From the NCBI GenBank assembly GCA_965249835.1, contig CBDFMY010000003.1, positions 1,249,979 to 1,313,978 on the forward strand: a DNA stretch of 64,000 nucleotides, given 5' to 3'. The translations under genes and the position numbers were made by a program. This document shows positions 31,912-40,993 of the stretch, one piece after another. The stretch comes from Candidatus Poriferihabitaceae bacterium. GTDB lineage: Bacteria; Pseudomonadota; Gammaproteobacteria; Arenicellales; Poriferihabitantaceae. The notes under the pieces are model-generated. The model saw only the letters and a list, made by a program, of their open reading frames with translations. It was not told where the DNA came from and made no database searches. Numbering within the stretch: the first letter of the stretch is position 1; each line of letters begins with the position of its first letter.

Positions 31912-32092
31912 CGCTGGCACTGATAGTTACCGCATCGGCCTGAACTGGAAATTCGGTTCGGCGATCGCTCTGGATGTGGTCGACCAGATCAATAACCGGC
32001 CGCGCAAATGCCTTGGCATGAAAACACCGAATCAGGCACTATTCGGCATAAATCCCCCTGTTGCACTTCGAGGTTGAATCCAAGGACTTATA
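31912..32092 (+). mobile_element. IS30-family transposase 3' stub plus terminal repeat
   Basis: Encodes ...IALDVVDQINNRPRKCLGMKTPNQALFGINPPVALRG*, followed by ATCCAAGGACTTATAC. Related copy at 45800-45884. Confidence 0.7.
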
Positions 32093-32185
32093 CACGCACT
32101 GGAATCGGCGGCGTGCTCGCCGTATAATCGCCATCATGACCCGCCATCCCCTTCCGGCAACCGCACGGTTGCAACGCCACGGGCA

Positions 32186-33508
32186 ATGGACATGACCGTC
32201 GCCAGCCACGAGACCATCCTCGTCATTGGCGGCGGCATCAGTGGCATGACCACGGCGCTGGAAGCGGCCGAATGTGGCAAGCAGGTAATCTTGATTGAAA
32301 AAAATCCGGCACTCGGTGGGCGCGTATCGCAACTGCATCGCTACTTCCCCAAACTTTGTCGCCCGACTTGCGGGCAAGAAATTAATCTGCGGCGCATCAA
32401 GGCGAATAAATTTCTGCGCGTTTTGACCATGGCCGAAATCACCAGCCTTAGCGGCGAGGCCGGCAACTACACCGCGCACATTAAAATTCATCCGCGTTAT
32501 GTGAATGAAAACTGCACCGCTTGCGGCGCATGCGCACGCGCCGTGAGTGCGCAAATTGACGACCCGCATAATTACGGCATGGGGAAAATCAGTGCCGCGT
32601 ATTTGCCCAACAACATGGCGTATCCGCAACGTTATGTTCTCGACCGGTCCATTGTCGGCACCGAACAGGGCGAAGCCGCAAAAGCCGCGTGTCCGGTGGA
32701 TGCGATTGATTTGGAGATGCAAGAGAAGGAAATAGAAATCACTTGCGGCGCGGTGGTTTTTGCCACCGGCTGGCGACCATATGATGCGGCGCGCATTGAA
32801 CCATATGGATACGCACGCTATGCCGATGTCATCACCAGCGTTGAGTTCGAGCGCATGATGGATCCATTTGGCCCGACCGCGGGAAAATTAACCCGACCGT
32901 CCAACGGTGAGGACGCGAAAGACATCGCATTCATTCAATGCGCCGGTTCGCGTGACCGCAATCATCTCGCGCATTGTTCGCGCATCTGTTGCATGGCATC
33001 GCTGAAACAAGCCACTTACCTTGCAGAGCAATACGGCGATGACCAAGACGCGCGTGCGACCATCTATTATATTGATATCCGAACCATCGATCGCTTTGAA
33101 GATTTTGAACGACAAGTGCGCGCCGATGCGCGCGTGCATTTTATTAAATCCAAAGTCGCCAGCATCGAGCAGGACGCGGACGGCAAACCGCTGCTGATCG
33201 GCGTTGACACCCACGGCTATCACCGCTACCAAAACGCGCACGACCTGGTTGTGCTGGCGATCGGTATGACCCCCAGTGTTGACATCGCTGCGTTGCTGAA
33301 AACCAATCACGAGGTCGCGGTGGATGCCGGCGGATTTATCGAACTTGAGCAGATCAATGGCGCAGAGAATGACGACACGCATGGCGTGTTCGCGGCCGGC
33401 TGCGCGTCCAATCCGCTGGATGTAAATCGCTCGGTGCAAAGTGCCACCGCGGCGGCGTTGCGCGCCATTCAGGTAGTCAATCGCGTGTCCCGCGCGCAAA
33501 AAACATGA
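32186..33508 (+). CDS. qmoA: QmoA-like (HdrA-like) FAD-dependent oxidoreductase
   Basis: ILVIGGGISGMTTALEAAECGKQVILIEKNPALGGRV. 440 aa, followed by qmoB. Confidence 0.8.
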   Translation: MDMTVASHETILVIGGGISGMTTALEAAECGKQVILIEKNPALGGRVSQLHRYFPKLCRPTCGQEINLRRIKANKFLRVLTMAEITSLSGEAGNYTAHIKIHPRYVNENCTACGACARAVSAQIDDPHNYGMGKISAAYLPNNMAYPQRYVLDRSIVGTEQGEAAKAACPVDAIDLEMQEKEIEITCGAVVFATGWRPYDAARIEPYGYARYADVITSVEFERMMDPFGPTAGKLTRPSNGEDAKDIAFIQCAGSRDRNHLAHCSRICCMASLKQATYLAEQYGDDQDARATIYYIDIRTIDRFEDFERQVRADARVHFIKSKVASIEQDADGKPLLIGVDTHGYHRYQNAHDLVVLAIGMTPSVDIAALLKTNHEVAVDAGGFIELEQINGAENDDTHGVFAAGCASNPLDVNRSVQSATAAALRAIQVVNRVSRAQKT

Positions 33509-35811
33509 ACGACTCAACGATAAAACTCGGCGCGTATTTGTGCAAAGGCTGCGGCTTGGGCGAGCGTCTTGATACGGATAAATTGGCCACGGTCGCCGAA
33601 CAAAGCGGCGCGACCACGGTCAAGACGCATGATTATTTGTGCAGTGCCGACGGCGTCGCCACTATCCGCGATGACATCGAAAACCAACAAGTCACCCATG
33701 TCGTCATCGGTGCTTGCTCGCGCCGCGCCAAAACCGAAGCGTTTGGTTTTGACGAAGCATCACACGAATCACATGGCGCGGCGGTGGCGCGGGCGAATTT
33801 GCGCGAAGGCGTGATTTGGACGCAACCGGATACGCCGGATGCGCGCGAGACCACCCAGGAGATGGCGGATGATTATGTGCGCATGGCATGCACCGAAGCG
33901 AAGTTCATGCAGTTGCCGAAAGCCGATGCCGAGAGCGCTGCCAACAAGCGCATTCTGGTGGTCGGCGGCGGCGTCAGCGGCATGACCGCGGCATGGCAAT
34001 CGGCGCGCGCCGGCTATGCGGTTTTGCTGGTGGAAAAAAGCCCCGCGCTCGGCGGCTGGGCGCGTTCGTTGCATCGTTGTCTGCCGCGCACCGAGCCACA
34101 TGCGCAACCGGTGCACAATGACATCGCGCAACTCATCAAGGCGGTGGAAGATCACGCTAGTATCACGGTGTTTTTGAATGCCACCGTAGCCAAAACCAGC
34201 GGTGCACCGGGGCGTTTTTCGGTGGACATTGCGAGTGGCCGCACCACCGTTACCGAGAACATCGGCGGCATCGTGCAAGCCAGTGGTTTCAGTCGGTACG
34301 ATGCCAACCGCCTGCCGGAATTTTCCTACGGCAAAACTCCGGATGTGATCGACCAAACCGAGTTGGAGGCACTGGCGGTCAAAGCCGGCGACAATGGCGG
34401 CAATGGTGGCAATGGCGGAGTGATAACGCGCCCCTCCAACGGCAAACCGGTTAACAGCGTGGTGTTCGTGCAGTGCGCCGGCCAACGCTCGCAAAAGCCC
34501 GGACATCTGCCATATTGCTCCGGTTATTGTTGCAACGTAAGCATCAAGCAGGCGATGTATTTCAAGGAGCAAAACCCCGACATTGATACCAATGTGATTT
34601 ATTCCGACCTGCGCACGCCCGGCAACGGCGAGGATTTTTATCGTGCGGCGCAACAGCAAGGCGTGGTGTTCACCAACGGCGAGGTGGCCTCGGTTGTGCC
34701 TGATGCCGAACAGTTGGCGGTGCATTTTCGCGATCATATCTTGCACCAAGACGCGGTCGCGCACGCCGATCTGGTGGTGCTGGCAACCGGGCAAGTGCCG
34801 AATTCGGGGGTGGATATCGAGGCCGACAATGACGCCGGGGATGCCGAGGGCAAGAGTGCCGAGGGTAGCGCCGAAAATAAAAAACCCGGCGAGGTCAGGG
34901 TTTCGGTGGAGTCCATTCTCAATCTCGATTACCGTCAGGGTCCCGACCTGCCGCATTTGAAACACGGCTTCAGCGATTCGCATTTCATCTGTTTCCCATA
35001 TGAGACGCGCCGCACCGGCATTTACGCGTGCGGTCCGGTGCGCCGCCCGATGGACATTCAGCAATCCATTGAAGATGCCACCGGCGCAGCGATGAAGGCG
35101 ATTCAATCGGTCGAAGCCGCCAACTTCGGGCGTGCCGCGCATCCGCGTGTCGGCGATTTGTCCTATCCGAGTTTCCGCAAGGACGGCTGCACCCAGTGTA
35201 AGCGTTGCACCGTGGAATGTCCGTTCGGCGCCATCGACGAAGATGAAAACGGCTATCCGCAGTTCAACGAATCGCGCTGCCGGCGTTGCGGCACTTGCAT
35301 GGGCGCGTGTCCGGTGCGCGTGATTTCGTTTGAAAATTATTCGGTGGACACCGTCGGCCAGCAAATCAAAGCCATTGAAATGCCCGATGAATTCGACGAG
35401 AAGCCGCGCATCCTGATTCTCGCTTGTGAAAACGATGCCTATCCGGCGCTGGATATGGCGGCGCACAACCGCATCCAATACAACGCCTTCGTGCGCGTGA
35501 TTCCGATTCGCTGCCTGGGTTCGGTGAATTTGATCTGGGTGACCGATGCGATTAACTCCGGCTTTGACGGCATCATGATGATGGGCTGCAAAAAGGGTGA
35601 TGACTATCAATGTCACTTCGTGCGCGGTTCCGAGTTGGCGCACGAGCGCATGAGCAAGATTGACGACACCTTAACGCAATTGCAACTGGAAACCGAGCGC
35701 GTGCAAACGTTTGAAGTGGAAATCACTGACATTGAACGCGTGCCGAAACTGATTAACGACTACGCCGAAAAAATAGACGCGCTCGGCATGAATCCGTTCA
35801 AAGGGTTTTGA
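33505..35811 (+). CDS. qmoB: QmoB-like (HdrA + MvhD-like domain) oxidoreductase
   Basis: ILVVGGGVSGMTAAW FAD motif, CTQCKRCTVECPFGAI and CRRCGTCMGACPV ferredoxin motifs, MvhD-like C-terminus. Confidence 0.8.
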   Translation: MNDSTIKLGAYLCKGCGLGERLDTDKLATVAEQSGATTVKTHDYLCSADGVATIRDDIENQQVTHVVIGACSRRAKTEAFGFDEASHESHGAAVARANLREGVIWTQPDTPDARETTQEMADDYVRMACTEAKFMQLPKADAESAANKRILVVGGGVSGMTAAWQSARAGYAVLLVEKSPALGGWARSLHRCLPRTEPHAQPVHNDIAQLIKAVEDHASITVFLNATVAKTSGAPGRFSVDIASGRTTVTENIGGIVQASGFSRYDANRLPEFSYGKTPDVIDQTELEALAVKAGDNGGNGGNGGVITRPSNGKPVNSVVFVQCAGQRSQKPGHLPYCSGYCCNVSIKQAMYFKEQNPDIDTNVIYSDLRTPGNGEDFYRAAQQQGVVFTNGEVASVVPDAEQLAVHFRDHILHQDAVAHADLVVLATGQVPNSGVDIEADNDAGDAEGKSAEGSAENKKPGEVRVSVESILNLDYRQGPDLPHLKHGFSDSHFICFPYETRRTGIYACGPVRRPMDIQQSIEDATGAAMKAIQSVEAANFGRAAHPRVGDLSYPSFRKDGCTQCKRCTVECPFGAIDEDENGYPQFNESRCRRCGTCMGACPVRVISFENYSVDTVGQQIKAIEMPDEFDEKPRILILACENDAYPALDMAAHNRIQYNAFVRVIPIRCLGSVNLIWVTDAINSGFDGIMMMGCKKGDDYQCHFVRGSELAHERMSKIDDTLTQLQLETERVQTFEVEITDIERVPKLINDYAEKIDALGMNPFKGF
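35481..35811 (+). repeat. 331-bp direct repeat, copy 1 (authentic 3' end of qmoB)
   Basis: 329/331 identical to 37536-37866. Both differences are synonymous. Confidence 0.95.
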
Positions 35812-35905
35812 TAGTACTCTGAAGATTTCGGCACGGAATCAGTTTGCAATCCCATGAAAGAAACTATAGTGTTCATAACTAGGTGATTTCAACCAACCCA
35901 ATTTT

Positions 35906-36808
35906 ATGTATCAGCGACCGGCATCCACTCTTTCCACATTTGCCGAAGCAAATGTCAGGCAAGCCGATATTTTTCAGGCTGACGGGACGGACGTTTGCAG
36001 TGAGAAATTTGTGGGTTGCAGTATTGACCAGTATTATACCAAACCTGAAATAGTTTCGATCTGTTTGCGCGAATTGGGCAGGTTGTCCGAGTTTGATTGC
36101 GTGATTGAACCTAGTGCCGGCGATGGTGCATTTTTTTCCAAGATTAAGCATAGCAACTTAATAGGATTGGATATTACTCCGCATCATCCAGCGATTAAAA
36201 AAGCAAACTGGCTGACTTACAAAATAGACAGCGCATACAAAAAAGTGGTGGTGGTGGGTAACCCGCCATTTGGCAGATTTAATAATTTGTCCGCGGCATT
36301 TATCCAACATGCATTAAAATTCCCCGCAGTTTCGTGCATCGGTTTTATTTTGCCCGATGTGTATAACAAACATACCCGACAAGCGATACTGCCAAGCCAT
36401 TGGCGCATTAAAACGAACCATAAATTGCCGCGCAATGCGTTTTTGTATGAAGGAGAAACCCAACATGTGCCATGTTCGTTTTTTGTGTTTTGTCGGTCAC
36501 AGGGCAAGGATTTGCGTGTACCGACCAAATTGCCGAACATTGCGGATTTTAGCTTTTCCAATTGCAAAGATTACGATGTGTTTATTTTTGGTGCTGCACC
36601 AAAAAATATATTACGGCAGGGGGAAGTTAAGAAAAATAATCGCGGGCATTTTCTGAAATCACATATTGATGTTAATCGGTTAATTGCCAACTTAAACGCG
36701 GTGGTTTGGCAAGGCAACTCATGTGCAAGCGGCGGTGTGTATTGGCTGACCAAAAATGAATTGGCGATGCAGTATTATCACAGACACACGATTGGGCCAA
36801 AACCATGA
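35906..36808 (+). CDS. gamma-class N6-adenine DNA methyltransferase (type II, TaqI-like order)
   Basis: DQYYTKPE, motif I IEPSAGDGAFF, motif IV VVVGNPPFG. AT-rich. Confidence 0.8.
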   Translation: MYQRPASTLSTFAEANVRQADIFQADGTDVCSEKFVGCSIDQYYTKPEIVSICLRELGRLSEFDCVIEPSAGDGAFFSKIKHSNLIGLDITPHHPAIKKANWLTYKIDSAYKKVVVVGNPPFGRFNNLSAAFIQHALKFPAVSCIGFILPDVYNKHTRQAILPSHWRIKTNHKLPRNAFLYEGETQHVPCSFFVFCRSQGKDLRVPTKLPNIADFSFSNCKDYDVFIFGAAPKNILRQGEVKKNNRGHFLKSHIDVNRLIANLNAVVWQGNSCASGGVYWLTKNELAMQYYHRHTIGPKP

Positions 36809-37395
36809 AATTAACAAGACAAGACAAAAGAGACATGAGGTCATTGGCAACGACTGTTTATGAAAGCCAAGCAAAGTCCAGTGTTTTGGTGATGCGAGTC
36901 AAAGATAAATTAATAGCGGCCGAACTTACCGGAGTAGTAACCGCGGTGGAATTTTATCGAATCACTGCATTGATGAGCACTCAAATGCGCGCGCCGTTAT
37001 GGGAAAAATATTTTATTGAAAAACATGGATTTAATCGGGTTCAACCCGCTGAAAACCAAGGTGATATGGAAAAAAACGGAAATTACTACGAATATAAGGC
37101 ATCTGGATTTAACGCCAAAAATGAATTGAGACTCCTCCAAATTCGGCATTGGCAAAATTGCGATTACATATTCCAATTTATATCCGGCGAAGGGGCAGAC
37201 ACATTTTGCCTTACCAAAAAACAAATGAAAGTCGAAATGAAAATCAATAAAGCTCACCCGGCACATGGCACAAAGACAGTCAATTTAAATAATAAAATGG
37301 TGGAATACATGATGACTGTGAAGAGAGAAAGAATGAATGATGTTTGGATGAAAAAGTATTTTGTTGCAGACCCGTTACAGATAGGCGTTGTCTGA
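36805..37395 (+). CDS. putative cognate type II restriction endonuclease
   Basis: ATGA overlap with the MTase gene. Candidate PD-(D/E)xK motif QGDMEKNGNYYEYKAS. No other recognisable family. Confidence 0.5.
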   Translation: MKLTRQDKRDMRSLATTVYESQAKSSVLVMRVKDKLIAAELTGVVTAVEFYRITALMSTQMRAPLWEKYFIEKHGFNRVQPAENQGDMEKNGNYYEYKASGFNAKNELRLLQIRHWQNCDYIFQFISGEGADTFCLTKKQMKVEMKINKAHPAHGTKTVNLNNKMVEYMMTVKRERMNDVWMKKYFVADPLQIGVV

Positions 37396-37512
37396 TATTA
37401 AATTACAAAGACGATTTTTCATTACAAAAATAACTGCTCCAACCATGTCCGGTATCCGCCCACAAGTCGGTATAATTGACGGAATTCGGAAAATCTCCAA
37501 TCAATCGCCCCA

Positions 37513-37866
37513 ATGAATCCAATCGAAAAATATCGCAACGCCTTCGTGCGCGTGATTCCGATTCGCTGCCTGGGTTCGGTGAATTTGATCTGGGTGACCG
37601 ATGCGATCAACTCTGGCTTTGACGGCATCATGATGATGGGCTGCAAAAAGGGTGATGACTATCAATGTCACTTCGTGCGCGGTTCCGAGTTGGCGCACGA
37701 GCGCATGAGCAAGATTGACGACACCTTAACGCAATTGCAACTGGAAACCGAGCGCGTGCAAACGTTTGAAGTGGAAATCACTGACATTGAACGCGTGCCG
37801 AAACTGATTAACGACTACGCCGAAAAAATAGACGCGCTCGGCATGAATCCGTTCAAAGGGTTTTGA
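37513..37866 (+). pseudogene. duplicated 3' fragment of qmoB with chimeric 5' joint
   Basis: 37536-37866 copies 35481-35811. 37513-37535 (MNPIEKYRN) resembles the hdrC start (MNS...VEKYRN). Confidence 0.85.
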
Positions 37867-38018
37867 GCGTGATTATATTTGGCATGTTGTTTTTAATTGT
37901 GGTGATATTCGCATCTATATCTGCTATCTTTGTATGCCACCACCTTCTTGGTCGCATTCTGGCCGTTTAGTATATTGCTCTCATTATTAGAAATCGCTGT
38001 CAATCAAGTGTTTGAACA

Positions 38019-39218
38019 ATGAATCTGCAAATTCCCAACCGCGCATTATTCACCGGCGACAACCTGCCGATTTTGCGCGGCATAAACTGCGACAGCGTTG
38101 ATTTGATTTACCTCGACCCACCGTTCAACTCCAACAAAGAATACTCGGCAGTGGAAGGAAGCGAAGCGGCCGGCGCGTCTTTCAAGGATGCGTGGACGCT
38201 TTCGGATGAAGATGAATCGTGGCACGCCGCGTTGAAATCGCATCATCCGAAGTTATACGCGATCATTCATGTGGCCGGTGCGGTTGGTGACTCCGGCGAC
38301 AAATCGTATTTGATTTACATGGCGGTTCGCATTTTGGAATTGCGCCGCATTATGAAAAACACCAGTAGCATTTATTTGCATATCGACCCGACCATGAGTC
38401 ACAGTCTGAAGTTGGTGATGGATGCGATTTTTGGCAATGGCGGATTTGTTAATGAGATTATCTGGTATTACAAAAACGCATCGCGTGGCAAAAAACGTTT
38501 TGCCAAAAGCCACGATGTGATTTTATGGTATGCAAAGGGCGCGCCGCAGTTTAACCGTGATGATGTGCTGACACCGTTTGCAAGCGGCATGACCAAATGG
38601 CGTTATACGCATGGCGGTCAGCGCGGCAATCCCATTCCAAAAGGAAAAACGCCGGATGATGTGTTTGAGATTCCCGCGTTGAATGCCATGGCAAAGGAGC
38701 GCATGGGTTACCCGACGCAAAAACCGCTGGCGTTGCTGAATCGCATCATCAAGGCGAGCAGCAACGAGGGCGACACCGTGCTCGATCCGTTTTGCGGTTG
38801 CGCCACCACTTGCGTTGCGGCGGAAGTGTTACACCGCAAATGGATTGGTATTGATATCAGCCCGAAGGCGTTGGAGTTGGTGAAGACGCGGCTCGGCCGG
38901 GAAGTGCTCGGTGAGGGCAAAGTGTTCAAGGGCGAAGTCGTTCATCGCACCGACATCCCGCATCGTATCGATATTCCGCGCATCACACTGTCGGACACCG
39001 AAATTCGCAAAAGGTTATATGGCAACCAGGCCGGGCTATGCAATGGTTGCGGATTTCATTTTCCCATTCAGAACTTTGAGCGCGATCACATTGTCCCGCC
39101 CTGCCAAGGCGGTGCCGATATAATGGAAAACTTTCAATTGCTGTGCGGTAACTGCAATCGCGTCAAAGGCAATCGCACCATGGAATATTTGAAAGCGCGC
39201 CTTCTCGAGAAACAATAA
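38019..39218 (+). CDS. beta-class DNA methyltransferase fused to a C-terminal HNH nuclease
   Basis: Motif IV DLIYLDPPFNS, motif I VLDPFCGCATTCVAA, C-terminal CNGCG...ERDHIVP...N...LCGNCNRVKGN. Stop is 1 nt before the hdrC ATG. Confidence 0.8.
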   Translation: MNLQIPNRALFTGDNLPILRGINCDSVDLIYLDPPFNSNKEYSAVEGSEAAGASFKDAWTLSDEDESWHAALKSHHPKLYAIIHVAGAVGDSGDKSYLIYMAVRILELRRIMKNTSSIYLHIDPTMSHSLKLVMDAIFGNGGFVNEIIWYYKNASRGKKRFAKSHDVILWYAKGAPQFNRDDVLTPFASGMTKWRYTHGGQRGNPIPKGKTPDDVFEIPALNAMAKERMGYPTQKPLALLNRIIKASSNEGDTVLDPFCGCATTCVAAEVLHRKWIGIDISPKALELVKTRLGREVLGEGKVFKGEVVHRTDIPHRIDIPRITLSDTEIRKRLYGNQAGLCNGCGFHFPIQNFERDHIVPPCQGGADIMENFQLLCGNCNRVKGNRTMEYLKARLLEKQ

Positions 39219-39219
39219 A

Positions 39220-39852
39220 ATGAACTCCGCCAACACATCCGCCGTGGAAAAATACCGCAACCAGTTCCTGCGCGAGGTCGAAGCCAATGTCGAGGACGGC
39301 GAGTGGGTGAAGATGTGCATGCAGTGCGGGGTGTGTTCCGGCTCGTGTCCGCTGGGGAGTGCGTGGGCGCATCCGCCGCAGGAATTGTTTATGATGATTC
39401 GCGCCGGGCAACGCGACGAAGTGCTCAGATCGGAGTCCATGTGGATGTGCACTTCCTGTTACAACTGCGTCACGCGTTGCCCGCGCGGGCTGCCGATTAC
39501 GCACATCATGCACGGCTTGGCGAACTACGCCAACCGCCTCGGGATCGCGCCGAAGATGAATCCGACCAAACGTTTTGCGAAAATATTTTGGGACAACATC
39601 GCCGACACCGGACGCGTGAATGAATCGAAACTGTCGATAAAACTGTATTTTATGAACGGTTTGATGAGCGGCATAAAAACCGCGTTCGGCATGCGCAAGG
39701 TCGGTTTGGGTATGCTTCGAACCGGACGACTGAATCCGCTTGGGTTTTTCCGCGCCGGCGGTATCAAAGAAAAAAATCAGTTACGACAGATGTTGAAAAA
39801 GGCGCATGAAATTGAAGACAAACGCAGAGGGCTGAAACAGCCCGGAGGATAA
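39220..39852 (+). CDS. hdrC: HdrC-like 2x[4Fe-4S] subunit
   Basis: CMQCGVCSGSCP and CTSCYNCVTRCP cluster motifs. 210 aa. Confidence 0.8.
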   Translation: MNSANTSAVEKYRNQFLREVEANVEDGEWVKMCMQCGVCSGSCPLGSAWAHPPQELFMMIRAGQRDEVLRSESMWMCTSCYNCVTRCPRGLPITHIMHGLANYANRLGIAPKMNPTKRFAKIFWDNIADTGRVNESKLSIKLYFMNGLMSGIKTAFGMRKVGLGMLRTGRLNPLGFFRAGGIKEKNQLRQMLKKAHEIEDKRRGLKQPGG

Positions 39853-39856
39853 CGCA

Positions 39857-40771
39857 ATGGCACGAAAAGAATATTCCTTTTATCCGGGCTGCTCATCTGA
39901 GCGCAAGTCCTCGGCATCCAACTACATGGTATCGGTCAATACCATGTGCAAGACGCTGGATATTAAACTAAACGAGATTCCCGACTGGAATTGCTGCGGC
40001 GCGTCCATCGGTTATGCCGACGGCGGCGAGTTGCCGCGTCATGTGATGAACGCACGCAACGTGGCGTTGTCGCAACAACATAACAAAGGGCAGGACATCG
40101 TCGCCACTTGCGCGGCCTGCTGGCTTGGCGCGAAAGAATCGGTGGAGCGGTTGTCTAAGTCCGAGCAATTGCTCGCCGACACGCAAAGTATTCTTGCCGA
40201 TGTCGGGTTGAAAGTGGACATCGATGAAAAAACCGCGAGCAGCGTGCGTCACATGGTCGAAGTATTGATCGAGGATTTTGGCTACGATGAACTCGCGGCA
40301 CCGGTCAAAAAACCGTTGGAAGGATTAAAGATCGCCGGTTATGTCGGTTGCCAGACCAACCGCCCGTTCGGCATAGACGGCGAGTCTTTTGAAAATCCAA
40401 AATATCTGGACAAGATGGTGGAAATTATGGGTGCTGAGCCGGCCGAAAAATACGAACAAAAGGTCACCTGCTGCGGCGGCGCGCTGGCGTTTTCGGAGCC
40501 GGAAAAAAGCCAGGCGCAAATCAAGGACATTGTTGAATCAGCCTACGACCACAATGCCGACATGATCGTCACGCCGTGTCCGGTGTGTCAGATGAATGTT
40601 GAAGTGTATCAGGAGCAAATCAACAAAACCTACGGCAAAAATTTCAACATGCCGGTGGTGTATTATAGCCAGTTGATGTCGGTCGCCTATGGTAGCACCG
40701 CCAAACAAGCGGGCCTGGACGGGCAGGTGATACGCACGAAGAAACTGGAGGAGATTGCGGCAAAAAAGTGA
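39857..40771 (+). CDS. hdrB: HdrB-like CCG-domain subunit
   Basis: YPGCS...NCCGA and GCQ...CCGG...PCPVCQ, two CCG-type Cys-rich domains. Confidence 0.8.
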   Translation: MARKEYSFYPGCSSERKSSASNYMVSVNTMCKTLDIKLNEIPDWNCCGASIGYADGGELPRHVMNARNVALSQQHNKGQDIVATCAACWLGAKESVERLSKSEQLLADTQSILADVGLKVDIDEKTASSVRHMVEVLIEDFGYDELAAPVKKPLEGLKIAGYVGCQTNRPFGIDGESFENPKYLDKMVEIMGAEPAEKYEQKVTCCGGALAFSEPEKSQAQIKDIVESAYDHNADMIVTPCPVCQMNVEVYQEQINKTYGKNFNMPVVYYSQLMSVAYGSTAKQAGLDGQVIRTKKLEEIAAKK

Positions 40772-40993
40772 GTGGTCGGCGTGTGGCGACTTGACAAAAG
40801 TAATCCAATGGATTGCGAGGCGCGGCGAATCGTGGGAAGATGCGAGTGATGAAAACGGCAATCCAGTTGGTCGCGCCAGTTGGTCTTGATTTAGGGATTA
40901 CTGTGGGCAACTCGGTGTGATTTTTGTCGGGCATCTGTGCTAATGAATTGGCCAAACTAACGAATCTGCTCGTTAAAAACCACGGAGAAAGCG

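Noticed and set aside
33769-35643. 624-aa ORF on the minus strand inside qmoB. Similar long antisense ORFs occur at 52290-53861, 47186-48103, 48889-49776, 57062-57697, 59838-60434 and 32039-32722.
   Set aside because: Each lies entirely antisense to a gene with strong family motifs. Their products are Arg/Gly/His-rich low-complexity sequence, as expected for shadow ORFs in GC-rich DNA.
37513-37866. 117-aa ORF as an independent MvhD-like gene.
   Set aside because: 331 of its 354 nt are a near-perfect copy of the qmoB 3' end. It lacks the N-terminal part of the domain and any RBS, so it is treated as a duplication remnant.
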